Shown here: piece by piece, positions 22,562 to 30,237 of the stretch
Numbering within the stretch: the stretch's first letter is position 1
How the letters are laid out: each line of letters starts with the position of its first letter
Origin: a virus
Virus record (IMG/VR): IMGVR_UViG_3300048908_000031
Length of the DNA stretch: 49,693 nucleotides
Reading direction: 5' to 3' (one strand)
Position numbers and translations under genes: made by a program
Notes under the pieces: generated by a model
What the model was told of the DNA's origin: nothing
The model's database searches: none
Seen by the model: only the letters and a program-made list of their open reading frames with translations

Positions 22562-23016
22562 TGAAAGTAACAGATGCGGAAATTCTGAAAGCTATTTGGC
22601 GCGAACAAATCAAGAAAACAGCGCATGGGGTAATTGATAATTACATCGGCGGAACCAAGTCGGTTTCTTATGGCCAATTCCGCCAGGGGTATGCGCAAAA
22701 CCTCTACATGATAAGTCGTCAGCAGCTGGGCCTGCCGCTGAGTAAAGGTCATCTGGGTCGACGCCTGAAGGCTTTGATCAGTTCCGGTGGTCCATTGCAG
22801 TGGGATGGCAGGGAAGGTAATGCATACCACTTCAAGTGCAAGGCCAGTGATGATGTGTATGCCGCCGCCCGTGAGTGGTGGGCAGGTAAGGGCGTGCCGA
22901 CAGGGTTTGATGAAGAGAACAAACGCACACGTACGGCCCTCGTCGACGACTTCGACGGCAAGGTCGCGCAGCTTCAGCAGGACCTGCTGTCCAAGTTCGG
23001 GAGCATGCAGCCATGA
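22561..23016 (+). CDS. Hypothetical protein (151 aa)
   Basis: ORF with a TGATG overlap; locally lower GC. Confidence 0.5.
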   Translation: MKVTDAEILKAIWREQIKKTAHGVIDNYIGGTKSVSYGQFRQGYAQNLYMISRQQLGLPLSKGHLGRRLKALISSGGPLQWDGREGNAYHFKCKASDDVYAAAREWWAGKGVPTGFDEENKRTRTALVDDFDGKVAQLQQDLLSKFGSMQP

Positions 23017-23159
23017 TGGATACGACTGAGCTGAAGAAGGCCGCAGAGGCTGCAACACAAGGCGATTGGCACCACTATAAACATGGCGTCATCAAGGGCG
23101 GCCCGGTCGTCCAGTTCGTCAATGGCTTCGAGAGGGATTGCGCATGTCTTCAGGCGTAA
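23013..23159 (+). CDS. Small hypothetical protein (48 aa), Ea22-like N-terminal motif
   Basis: Product is MMDTTELKKAAEAATQGDWHHYKHG..., with an ATGA overlap. Confidence 0.3.
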   Translation: MMDTTELKKAAEAATQGDWHHYKHGVIKGGPVVQFVNGFERDCACLQA

Positions 23160-23572
23160 CCGCAAGGAAGCCCAAGGCGATCGCCCTGCCGGTGCCGACG
23201 GAGCATGTCGAACAGGTGAAAGTTGTGACGTGGTTTCGCCTGCAATACCCAGCGATCAAGGAGTTGCTGATTGCGATCCCGAATGGCGCACATCTGGCCG
23301 GGACGCCGATCCAGCGAGCCAAGAAGATTCAGCGCATGAAGGCCGAAGGGTTCACCACTGGGGTGGCGGACCTGTTCCTGATGAAGCCGTCTTTCGGGTA
23401 TTCCGGCCTATGGATCGAAATGAAGCGACTCAAGTATTCGCCATCCGACGTGAGCGACGACCAGAAGGCGTTCCAGGTGAGAGCGCTGGATAACGGGTAT
23501 CAGGCAGTGGTGTGCGGCGGCTTCGAGGCTGCGCGGGAAGCGATCAAGGCATATTTGCAGGGGGTGGTATGA
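23144..23572 (+). CDS. VRR-NUC domain nuclease
   Basis: TEHVEQVKVVTWF...IPNG...GVADLFL...GLWIEMKR shows a PD-(D/E)xK signature. Confidence 0.8.
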   Translation: MSSGVTARKPKAIALPVPTEHVEQVKVVTWFRLQYPAIKELLIAIPNGAHLAGTPIQRAKKIQRMKAEGFTTGVADLFLMKPSFGYSGLWIEMKRLKYSPSDVSDDQKAFQVRALDNGYQAVVCGGFEAAREAIKAYLQGVV

Positions 23573-23778
23573 GCAAGTGGGTGGCGCGGGTCCGCTGCAA
23601 ATGCGGTCATGCATATTCAGGGGAAATATTCAGTGCATCTGACTTTCGGATAATCCAAGTATGCCCAACCTGCGGGAGCAAGGAGGAATGGCGCGACACG
23701 GTAGAGCGCTGGGTATCAACCTCGAGGTGGAATAGTCCGCGCACATGGGGTACTGGCTATTGGGAGGTTAAGGCATGA
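23569..23778 (+). CDS. Zinc-ribbon small protein (69 aa)
   Basis: CKCGH ... CPTCG; ATGA overlaps. Confidence 0.5.
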   Translation: MSKWVARVRCKCGHAYSGEIFSASDFRIIQVCPTCGSKEEWRDTVERWVSTSRWNSPRTWGTGYWEVKA

Positions 23779-24314
23779 AATATCTAAACATCGTCACAGC
23801 AGTGGTCCGGGCACTATCGACCGACAACATGGGCGGCGGCATGAGCTTCGAGCCTCGGGTGCAGGATACGAAACTGAAGGGCGAGATCACCGGGAAGGAT
23901 GACCAGCTGCTGCACGACAGTATGATCCGGGCTCGCCTGCATGCCACACTGGCCCCGGAGCACTGGGAGATCCTGAAGGCCAAGTTCAGCCCAGACCTGG
24001 ACCACAAGCGCGAATCCATCCGGGCGGTGCGTACCAGGGTGAAGACTCCGGCTCCGGAACGGTTCCGTGATGCCGCGGTGCTGACCTGGGCGATGCCGAA
24101 GCTGCCAGGCAAGGACGGGAAGCGGTCGAACTCTACGCTGCCGGATCATTGGTATTCGATGGACTCATGGACTGATGATCCGGTGCCGGTCAGAACTCAG
24201 CAGCACTGGAGACGACAAATCACCAAGGGGCTGGAGGATGAAGTGAACAAGGCGCTGGCCATCGCTCAGGAGGCTCTGGAGCCGCTGGGTCTGTTCGCGG
24301 AGCGGGTGGCATGA
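23775..24314 (+). CDS. Hypothetical protein; positional candidate for the late-gene regulator (Q-like)
   Basis: It is the last gene before a strong promoter/terminator pair upstream of the lysis and structural genes. No motif was recognised. Confidence 0.3.
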   Translation: MKYLNIVTAVVRALSTDNMGGGMSFEPRVQDTKLKGEITGKDDQLLHDSMIRARLHATLAPEHWEILKAKFSPDLDHKRESIRAVRTRVKTPAPERFRDAAVLTWAMPKLPGKDGKRSNSTLPDHWYSMDSWTDDPVPVRTQQHWRRQITKGLEDEVNKALAIAQEALEPLGLFAERVA

Positions 24315-24332
24315 AATTATTTCTGATGGCCT

Positions 24333-24361
24333 ATTGTCATTCCTTGCGCACTTGCGTATAT
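24333..24361 (+). promoter_or_regulatory. Strong sigma70 promoter TTGTCA-17-TATATT (PR'-like late promoter)
   Basis: Hexamers and the 17-nt spacer are read directly, 19 nt after the stop of the Q-position gene. Confidence 0.6.
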
Positions 24362-24404
24362 TTTCCCCATCCTGTCGTTTCTGCGTTCAGGGCTTGAATA
24401 TATA

Positions 24405-24422
24405 GAGTCCTTAATCAGGGAC
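24405..24422. promoter_or_regulatory. Operator-like inverted repeat, site D (AGTCCttaatcagGGACT, exact arms)
   Basis: Lies about 40-55 nt downstream of the late promoter. Confidence 0.6.
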
Positions 24423-24674
24423 TTCAACAAAGCAGTAATCAGCGGCCAGAGTTGCCCGACTAGTTCCCTCCTTCGAGTCGGGGTATCTGGATACGGTTTA
24501 GCCGGTTCGTACCGTAACATCGCAAAACACCGGCAGCCTGCGAGCCCTACAAACGCTTACTCTGGGGGTTGTGCAGGCGGACTGATGGAAAGACATCAGG
24601 AATCAACCAACGCCAAGTGGCCGCAGACGCGGCAATCCTTTTTCCCGAAACAAACAACCTGAGAGGGATGTCAC

Positions 24675-24986
24675 ATGCGACGACTCACCACGTACCTCGG
24701 GCTTGCGTTCGCCGCATGCCTCGCCTGCTTCTCGATGACCGCAATGGCCGAGCCACTGCGAACCTTCGCGCACTACATGGTTGCAATGGATGAGCCGCAA
24801 GGCGTCTCCATGAAGCGACTGGAGCTGACTCTCGCCCAATGGCGAACGGGAAGCGAAGGCGATGACAAAGCTTTGAGTGCCAATCTGCGCGCATCCAGCA
24901 ATCACTTCGTGATGACCTCGACCAAGCCTGAAGCTACCGGCGTCGGTGCTGGCATTGGCATTGATGAGGTCCGAATGGACTGCTGA
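24675..24986 (+). CDS. Small secreted protein (103 aa precursor) - moron between the late promoter and the terminator
   Basis: RBS GAGGGA. Signal peptide MRRLTTYLGLAFAACLACFSMTAMA/EP. Followed by a strong terminator. Confidence 0.6.
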   Translation: MRRLTTYLGLAFAACLACFSMTAMAEPLRTFAHYMVAMDEPQGVSMKRLELTLAQWRTGSEGDDKALSANLRASSNHFVMTSTKPEATGVGAGIGIDEVRMDC

Positions 24987-25004
24987 AGCAACTCTGAAGA
25001 AATG

Positions 25005-25036
25005 AAAAAAGCCCGTACATGCTGCGGGCTTTTTTG
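25005..25036 (+). terminator. Rho-independent terminator (tR'-like)
   Basis: AAAAAAGCCCG-tacatgctg-CGGGCTTTTTTG. Confidence 0.75.
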
Positions 25037-25200
25037 TACCTCCGAGGAAAGCCGCTACCCAAGTGGACGCTTTCCCGGATGTATCTGATCCAATCATTTC
25101 GACACCCGCGCAACCGTCCTTGCCCCGAGCGGACGCGATATGCGCGGAGTGCCGGACCTATTTCCGCTCCGCTCATGGGGCATTCACCGGATGCTCAATC

Positions 25201-25515
25201 ATGCCAGACAGACCTGAGAGCTGGGCCAAGTTCTGGGATGCGTTGACCAATCCGCTCATCCAAGGCGCGATCATGGCGATTCTCATTTCCTTCCTTCGCG
25301 TCCTGTACGACTCCAAAGAAACCAACAAGTGTCGGATCTTCTCCGAGGCGATGATCTGCGGCGGCCTGAGTTTATCGGCCAGCAGCATTATCTCGTGGAT
25401 GGCCTGGCCGGAGAATCTGTCGGTCGCTGCCGGTGGGGCCATTGGCTTCCTCGGCGTGACCGCGATCCGCGAGATTCTGGTCAAGTTCCTTGGCAGAAAG
25501 GCGGACACCCTATGA
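25201..25515 (+). CDS. Holin (lambda S-like, three TM segments)
   Basis: 104 aa. QGAIMAILISFLRVLY, AMICGGLSLSASSIISW and AAGGAIGFLGVTAIREILVKFLGRKA are colinear with the lambda S layout. Confidence 0.7.
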   Translation: MPDRPESWAKFWDALTNPLIQGAIMAILISFLRVLYDSKETNKCRIFSEAMICGGLSLSASSIISWMAWPENLSVAAGGAIGFLGVTAIREILVKFLGRKADTL

Positions 25516-25886
25516 GAGCCTTCGTAGTCGCCGCCATCATCGCCCTGGTGGCCTGCCTACTCATCGGTATCCAGCAGTATCGCGTCGTCCTCCTGCGCGG
25601 TGAGATGCAGATCGAAACCAAGAGCAAGGAAGACGCCATCGCGGCGAACGCTGAAAGCCAGGCGACGATCACCACCCTGCAAGCCGAAGCCAAACGCAAC
25701 GCGGCCTACAGCGCCGACCTGGCCAAACGCATCAAGGCCAGCGAAGACAAAGCCAAAAAGGCGAGGAAAGACTTTGAAGAACTCAAGCGCAACAGCAAGC
25801 CTGTTCGTGATTGGGCTGCTCAGCCTCTGCCTGACGGCCTGCGCACCAAACCCAGTGGTGACCAAGGCCAGCGCAATACGAATTGA
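25512..25886 (+). CDS. Rz: i-spanin (Rz-like)
   Basis: N-terminal TM segment MRAFVVAAIIALVACLLIGI, then coiled coil, then VRDWAAQPLP. ATGA overlap with the holin gene. Confidence 0.75.
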   Translation: MRAFVVAAIIALVACLLIGIQQYRVVLLRGEMQIETKSKEDAIAANAESQATITTLQAEAKRNAAYSADLAKRIKASEDKAKKARKDFEELKRNSKPVRDWAAQPLPDGLRTKPSGDQGQRNTN

Positions 25887-26040
25887 AGCGCCCGAGCTGA
25901 TCCCTTGCGAACGGATAGGTGATGACACCGACCTGACCGACAACGGCTCACTGTGGGATCTGAAAGACCAAGCCATCAAGCTGCTCGATACCTGCGCCGA
26001 CCAAGTGGACGCCCAGATCTTGCGCAGCCAGAGCAAGTGA
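25774..26040 (+). CDS. Rz1: o-spanin lipoprotein (Rz1-like), overlapped architecture, TTG start
   Basis: RBS GAGGAAAG precedes TTG. The signal LFVIGLLSLCLTAC contains the LTAC lipobox. The gene starts inside Rz in the +1 frame and extends 154 nt beyond it. Confidence 0.65.
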   Translation: MKNSSATASLFVIGLLSLCLTACAPNPVVTKASAIRIEAPELIPCERIGDDTDLTDNGSLWDLKDQAIKLLDTCADQVDAQILRSQSK

Positions 26041-26050
26041 GGACCGCACC

Positions 26051-26266
26051 ATGCAACTGATCGACAACGCAAGCGGTTGGCACAAGCTCTGGTCTGTGCG
26101 CGTAGCTCTGGCCGGTTCGGTCCTGAATGCCATGGTCATTGGCTGGACCGTCTTCCAAGGCTCGGTAAACCCGTTGCTCTACGCCGCCATCAACATGGGA
26201 CTTGGTGTCTGCGTGGCGGTGGTGCGTGTGCTGCCTCAGGGCAAGCCTGATGACAGTGCACAGTGA
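26051..26266 (+). CDS. Two-TM small membrane protein (71 aa), lysis-associated position
   Basis: RBS GAGGAC; two hydrophobic spans. Confidence 0.5.
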   Translation: MQLIDNASGWHKLWSVRVALAGSVLNAMVIGWTVFQGSVNPLLYAAINMGLGVCVAVVRVLPQGKPDDSAQ

Positions 26267-26340
26267 GCCAACCTGCTGACCAATTATCCCGCGCAACGAA
26301 ATCAATCAAGCGTGAAACGTAGCGCGGAATAGGAAAGAAT

Positions 26341-27753
26341 ATGGCCGAGTCAAAACCGCGAATTCAAGTCCAAGATGGAAAGATTGTCTCGACTGATAGC
26401 CTGTCCAACCTGGTCGCCAACATCGGAACCGGTCGCGACAAGCGCACGCACAACAGCTTCGGTTATGAATACGTCAACCAGATGGAGCTGGAAGCGGCCT
26501 ATCAGTCCAACTGGATCGCCCGTCGCATCGTCGACAAGCCGAACGAAGACGCGCTGCGTGAATGGCGCACCTTCAACGGCAAGCAGGCCAAGCTGATCGA
26601 AACCGAAGAGCGCCGCCTCGGTGTGCAGCAACACTACCTCGACACCTGCTGCTGGGCCGACCTGTACGGTGGCGCGGCATTGCTGATGGTGACTGACCAG
26701 GATCTGGGCAAGCAGCTTGACCTGAAGAAGATCAAGAAGGGCAGCCTGAAGAACCTGGTGGTCCTCGATCGCTGGGACATCCAGCCGACCGACTTCAACC
26801 TGACCGACCCGCTCCAGCCGAACTGGATGCAGCCGAACTACTACATGATGGTCAACGGCACGCAGCCGATCCACTACAGCCACATCATCCGCCGCACCGG
26901 GGCTCGCCTGCCTCGGCGCATGCGCATGTTCGAACAGGGCTGGGGTGACAGTCGCCTACGCCGCTGCATGTCTGACCTGCGCGACGTGGTGGCCACCAAG
27001 GGCGGTATTGCCTCTCTGGTGCTGGAAGCCAACGTCGACACAATCGGCGTCAAGGGCCTGCAAGCGGCCCTGGCCAGTGCGCAGAGCAATCAGGTCACCG
27101 AGCGTTACCGCCTGTTCGGCATGCTCAAGTCGATCGTGAACCTCGGCCTGCTCGATCAGGATAACGAGAAATACGAACGCAACAGCATCAGCTTCAGCGG
27201 CCTCAGTCAGATCATGGAGCAGTTCATGGTGTGGACGGCGGGCGCTGCTGAAATGCCGGTTACCGAGTTGTGGGGCCAATCGGCTGCTGGGCTCAGTGCT
27301 ACCGGTGAAGGCGACCGCAAGACCTACGAGGGCACGATCAAGGGCAAGCAGGACGGCCAGATGCGTCTGGACCTCGAACTGCTGGACCAAGTATTGATCC
27401 GCTCGGCGCTGGGCACTTACCCGGAAGGCATTGAGTTCGAGTGGAATCCGCTGTCGCTGCCAACCGGTGTCGAGCAGGCCCAGGAAGGTCTGGCCGATGC
27501 GCAGGCTGATGGTATCTACCTCGAAACCGGGGTGATTCGCCCAAGCCATGCCATGCGCCGCGCTCAAGCGAAAGGCACCTACGCCATCACCGACGAGCAG
27601 ATCGCCGCCCAAGAGGCACTGGAGAAGGATCAGGACAATGCAGCCTTCGACAAAGACGACGGCGCCGACCTCCCCGGTTTCTCCCTCGGCGGCCCTGACG
27701 GCGATAAACCAGACGCTCCTGGCAAAACGAAAGAAGAAGCCGCGGGCGCCTAA
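26341..27753 (+). CDS. Portal protein (DUF1073-type)
   Basis: 470 aa with SLSNLVANIGTGRDKRTHNSFGY at the N-terminus and an acidic C-terminal tail. It is followed by a MuF-like gene. Confidence 0.75.
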   Translation: MAESKPRIQVQDGKIVSTDSLSNLVANIGTGRDKRTHNSFGYEYVNQMELEAAYQSNWIARRIVDKPNEDALREWRTFNGKQAKLIETEERRLGVQQHYLDTCCWADLYGGAALLMVTDQDLGKQLDLKKIKKGSLKNLVVLDRWDIQPTDFNLTDPLQPNWMQPNYYMMVNGTQPIHYSHIIRRTGARLPRRMRMFEQGWGDSRLRRCMSDLRDVVATKGGIASLVLEANVDTIGVKGLQAALASAQSNQVTERYRLFGMLKSIVNLGLLDQDNEKYERNSISFSGLSQIMEQFMVWTAGAAEMPVTELWGQSAAGLSATGEGDRKTYEGTIKGKQDGQMRLDLELLDQVLIRSALGTYPEGIEFEWNPLSLPTGVEQAQEGLADAQADGIYLETGVIRPSHAMRRAQAKGTYAITDEQIAAQEALEKDQDNAAFDKDDGADLPGFSLGGPDGDKPDAPGKTKEEAAGA

Positions 27754-27760
27754 GCCGGTG

Positions 27761-28609
27761 ATGCCCAGCAAGGAGGCTGAGCTGTACTACCACCGGCAGC
27801 TGCGGTCACTGGTGCAGGCGATGGCTTCCGAGCTGGCTGCCTCCATCGTGCCCGAGCTGAAGCGGCTGAAGCCTGACTACATCGCCGATGCAATGGTGAC
27901 ACTGGACGGCTGGACGGATCAGATCCTTGCCGCCATCCGCCGCGTGTCGCAGCGCTATACCTCGACCCTGTTCGACGTGCAGGCAGCCCGCGTGGCAGCT
28001 GGCACCATCAGTCGCGCCGAGGCCGACAACGCCGAAGATTTCCGCGACTCGATCAACAAGGCCGTGGGCATCGACTTCCAGCTGATTACCAAGCCCAAGG
28101 GCATGGTCGACTATCTGGAGGCCTCGACCGCCGAGAACGTCAACCTGATCAAGTCGATCCCGGCTGACTACTTCAAGCAGGTCGAGACGATCGTACTGGG
28201 CGGCATGAAGAGCGGTCTTGCCCCTACGGCCATCGCCAAGCAGATTCAGGAAGAGACGGGTGTCACCGCGCGAAGGGCCAAGCTGATTGCCCGCGACCAG
28301 GTGTCGAAGCTCAACTCCGACCTGACCCGCCAGCGCCAGACGGCAGCCGGGATCGAGTTCTATCAGGCCAAGGATGCAGGCGACGTGCGTGTATCGGGCA
28401 ACCCGGCCGGCAAGTATCCGAACGCCAAGATCAGCTGCTGGGATATCGCCCGCCAAGACATCGGTTACGGCCCTGGCGTGTACAAGGTCGCTGACGGTGC
28501 TAGCTGGAAAGGCGAAACCGGCCTCCATCCCGGGAAGCATCACGTGCTTTGCCGCTGCGTTGGAATCGCCATGATCCCCGGCGTGAACTACTTCCCCGAC
28601 AAGGGCTGA
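27761..28609 (+). CDS. Head morphogenesis protein (Mu F / SPP1 gp7-like)
   Basis: ARRAKLIARDQVSKLNSDLTRQRQTAAGIEFYQ...HHVLCRC. An alternative upstream start at 27638 (RBS GGAGAAGGA) would overlap the portal 3' end. Confidence 0.7.
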   Translation: MPSKEAELYYHRQLRSLVQAMASELAASIVPELKRLKPDYIADAMVTLDGWTDQILAAIRRVSQRYTSTLFDVQAARVAAGTISRAEADNAEDFRDSINKAVGIDFQLITKPKGMVDYLEASTAENVNLIKSIPADYFKQVETIVLGGMKSGLAPTAIAKQIQEETGVTARRAKLIARDQVSKLNSDLTRQRQTAAGIEFYQAKDAGDVRVSGNPAGKYPNAKISCWDIARQDIGYGPGVYKVADGASWKGETGLHPGKHHVLCRCVGIAMIPGVNYFPDKG

Positions 28610-28611
28610 CC

Positions 28612-29718
28612 ATGAAAAGAATGACCATCGACGAGGCCTTCAAGCCTACGTCGCGAACACTCACGCCCGAGGGATTCCTCTGCGTGAAAGGGGTTGCAGC
28701 GCGCACCGGGGTTTATCAGTACCTGTCGAGCGAGCTGGACCTCGACGGCCCCGAGCGGATCGTCAACGTCTACCGACCGCCCGCCCAGGTGTTCGACCCC
28801 GAGTCGATGGCGACCTTCGCCGACAAGGATGTGACCAACGACCACCCGGACGATCTGGTCGACTCAACCACCTTCAAGGAGGTGTCAGTCGGCCATGTGC
28901 GCGGCGTCGAGCAGGACGGCGACAACCTGGTGGTGGACCTGATCATCAAGGACCAGACGGCCATCGACGACATCGACTCCGGCAAGGCCGAACTCTCCCC
29001 CGGCTACCTGGCCGAGTACGTCGAAGCCCCCGGCATCGCCCCCGACGGCACCGCCTACGAATACGAGCAGCGTGACATCCAGATCAACCACGTCGCCGTT
29101 GTAGAAGCAGCGCGAGGCGGCAAGGTCGCCCGCATTTTTGACCACAAACCGAAAGGTGTACCAATGGCACAACGGAAAGTCTTTTTAGACTCCAAGAAAA
29201 GCCGCTCCATCATTCTCGACGAAGAGGCAGCTTCGGTAGTCGAAGACGCCGTTGCAGCGCTTCAGAAGTTCGCGGATGAAGAGTCGGATCGCGCAGACAA
29301 GGCCGAAGCCACCAAGGACGAAGCCGAAGAGAAACTGGAAGAGGCCAAGAAGGAAACTTCTGACGCCGCGATCGGCGCCAAAGTCAAAGCCACCCTCGAC
29401 ACCATCGCCCTCGCCTCCAAGGTTGTGAAAGCCTTCGACGCCAAAGGCCTGGTCTCCCCGCTCGAAATCAAGCGTGCCGCCATGGCGCAGCTGAAGCCGA
29501 CCCGCGACTGGGCTGGCAAGTCCGAAGCTTACGTGCTGGCTGCCTTCGACGCCGCTGCTGATGAGGCGAAGGAAACCGAGGACGAGGATGACGACGAGGA
29601 CAAGTCGAAAACCAACGACAGCCTGGCGCGCTTCGCCGCAGACGCCGCCAAGCGTGGCCTGAAGCCGACCACTGACGGTTCGGACGCCTACAACACATTC
29701 CTGCGAGGTGGCAAGTAA
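28612..29718 (+). CDS. DUF2213-like prohead protease/scaffolding fusion
   Basis: TPEGFLCVKGVAARTGVYQY...ELSPGY...INHVAVV, then an E/K/A/D-rich scaffold-like C-terminal half. Confidence 0.6.
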   Translation: MKRMTIDEAFKPTSRTLTPEGFLCVKGVAARTGVYQYLSSELDLDGPERIVNVYRPPAQVFDPESMATFADKDVTNDHPDDLVDSTTFKEVSVGHVRGVEQDGDNLVVDLIIKDQTAIDDIDSGKAELSPGYLAEYVEAPGIAPDGTAYEYEQRDIQINHVAVVEAARGGKVARIFDHKPKGVPMAQRKVFLDSKKSRSIILDEEAASVVEDAVAALQKFADEESDRADKAEATKDEAEEKLEEAKKETSDAAIGAKVKATLDTIALASKVVKAFDAKGLVSPLEIKRAAMAQLKPTRDWAGKSEAYVLAAFDAAADEAKETEDEDDDEDKSKTNDSLARFAADAAKRGLKPTTDGSDAYNTFLRGGK

Positions 29719-30227
29719 TGGGTACTGCAGTCGATACCTTTGGCCAGTACGCTGGCAAGGCCTACGAAGGTCAGGTCAATGACCTGTCGATGGCCGACAT
29801 CACCACCGCCGTGGTAACGCTCGCTGTTCCGTTCGGTCGCGCCGTGGTGTCCGACACTGCGGATCGCTCGGGCAAGCTGCCTGCCGCCGGTGCCGGTTTC
29901 TTCCTCGGCGTCTCGGCCCGCAACGTGGTCGGTGTCAGTGGCACCTACCAGACCGGTCAGTCCTCGGACAATGGCAACGTGGTCGGCGGCTACCGCTCCG
30001 GTCAAGAAGCCAGCCTGGTCGCACACGGTCGCATCTGGGTCAAAACCCTGGGCGGTGCCGTCAAGGGTGCGCAGGTCTACGCCCTGCCAACCACTGGCGA
30101 GATCACCAACGCTGCGACCGCCGGCAACCACGTTCTGGCCGGCTGCACGTTCCTGACCGCCGCTGCCGCTGGTGAATTGGTGCTGGTACAGATCAAAGCC
30201 ATCGCGCCTACCACCATCGCCGCATAA
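29718..30227 (+). CDS. Capsid decoration/cement-like protein
   Basis: 169 aa, Gly/Ala/Val-rich, directly upstream of the major capsid gene. Confidence 0.45.
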   Translation: MGTAVDTFGQYAGKAYEGQVNDLSMADITTAVVTLAVPFGRAVVSDTADRSGKLPAAGAGFFLGVSARNVVGVSGTYQTGQSSDNGNVVGGYRSGQEASLVAHGRIWVKTLGGAVKGAQVYALPTTGEITNAATAGNHVLAGCTFLTAAAAGELVLVQIKAIAPTTIAA

Positions 30228-30237
30228 GGACTGACCA

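Noticed and set aside
24395-24425. tRNA-like anticodon stem-loop (AGTCC-ttaatca-GGGACT) in the late leader, where Stx-type phages carry tRNAs
   Set aside because: No acceptor, D or T arms can be built around it, and position 37 would be a pyrimidine. It is better explained as a copy of the AGTCC-N8-GGACT motif.
24317-24520. 67-aa minus-strand ORF in the late leader
   Set aside because: It is opposed to all flanking transcription, has no RBS, and overlaps the late promoter and the operator copy.
27548-27760. Long N-terminal extension of the MuF-like gene overlapping the portal 3' end (starts at 27548 or 27638)
   Set aside because: The extension is Pro/Ser/Thr-rich and low-complexity, and the portal frame is clearly coding there. 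However, 27638 has a good RBS (GGAGAAGGA), so it is not fully excluded.
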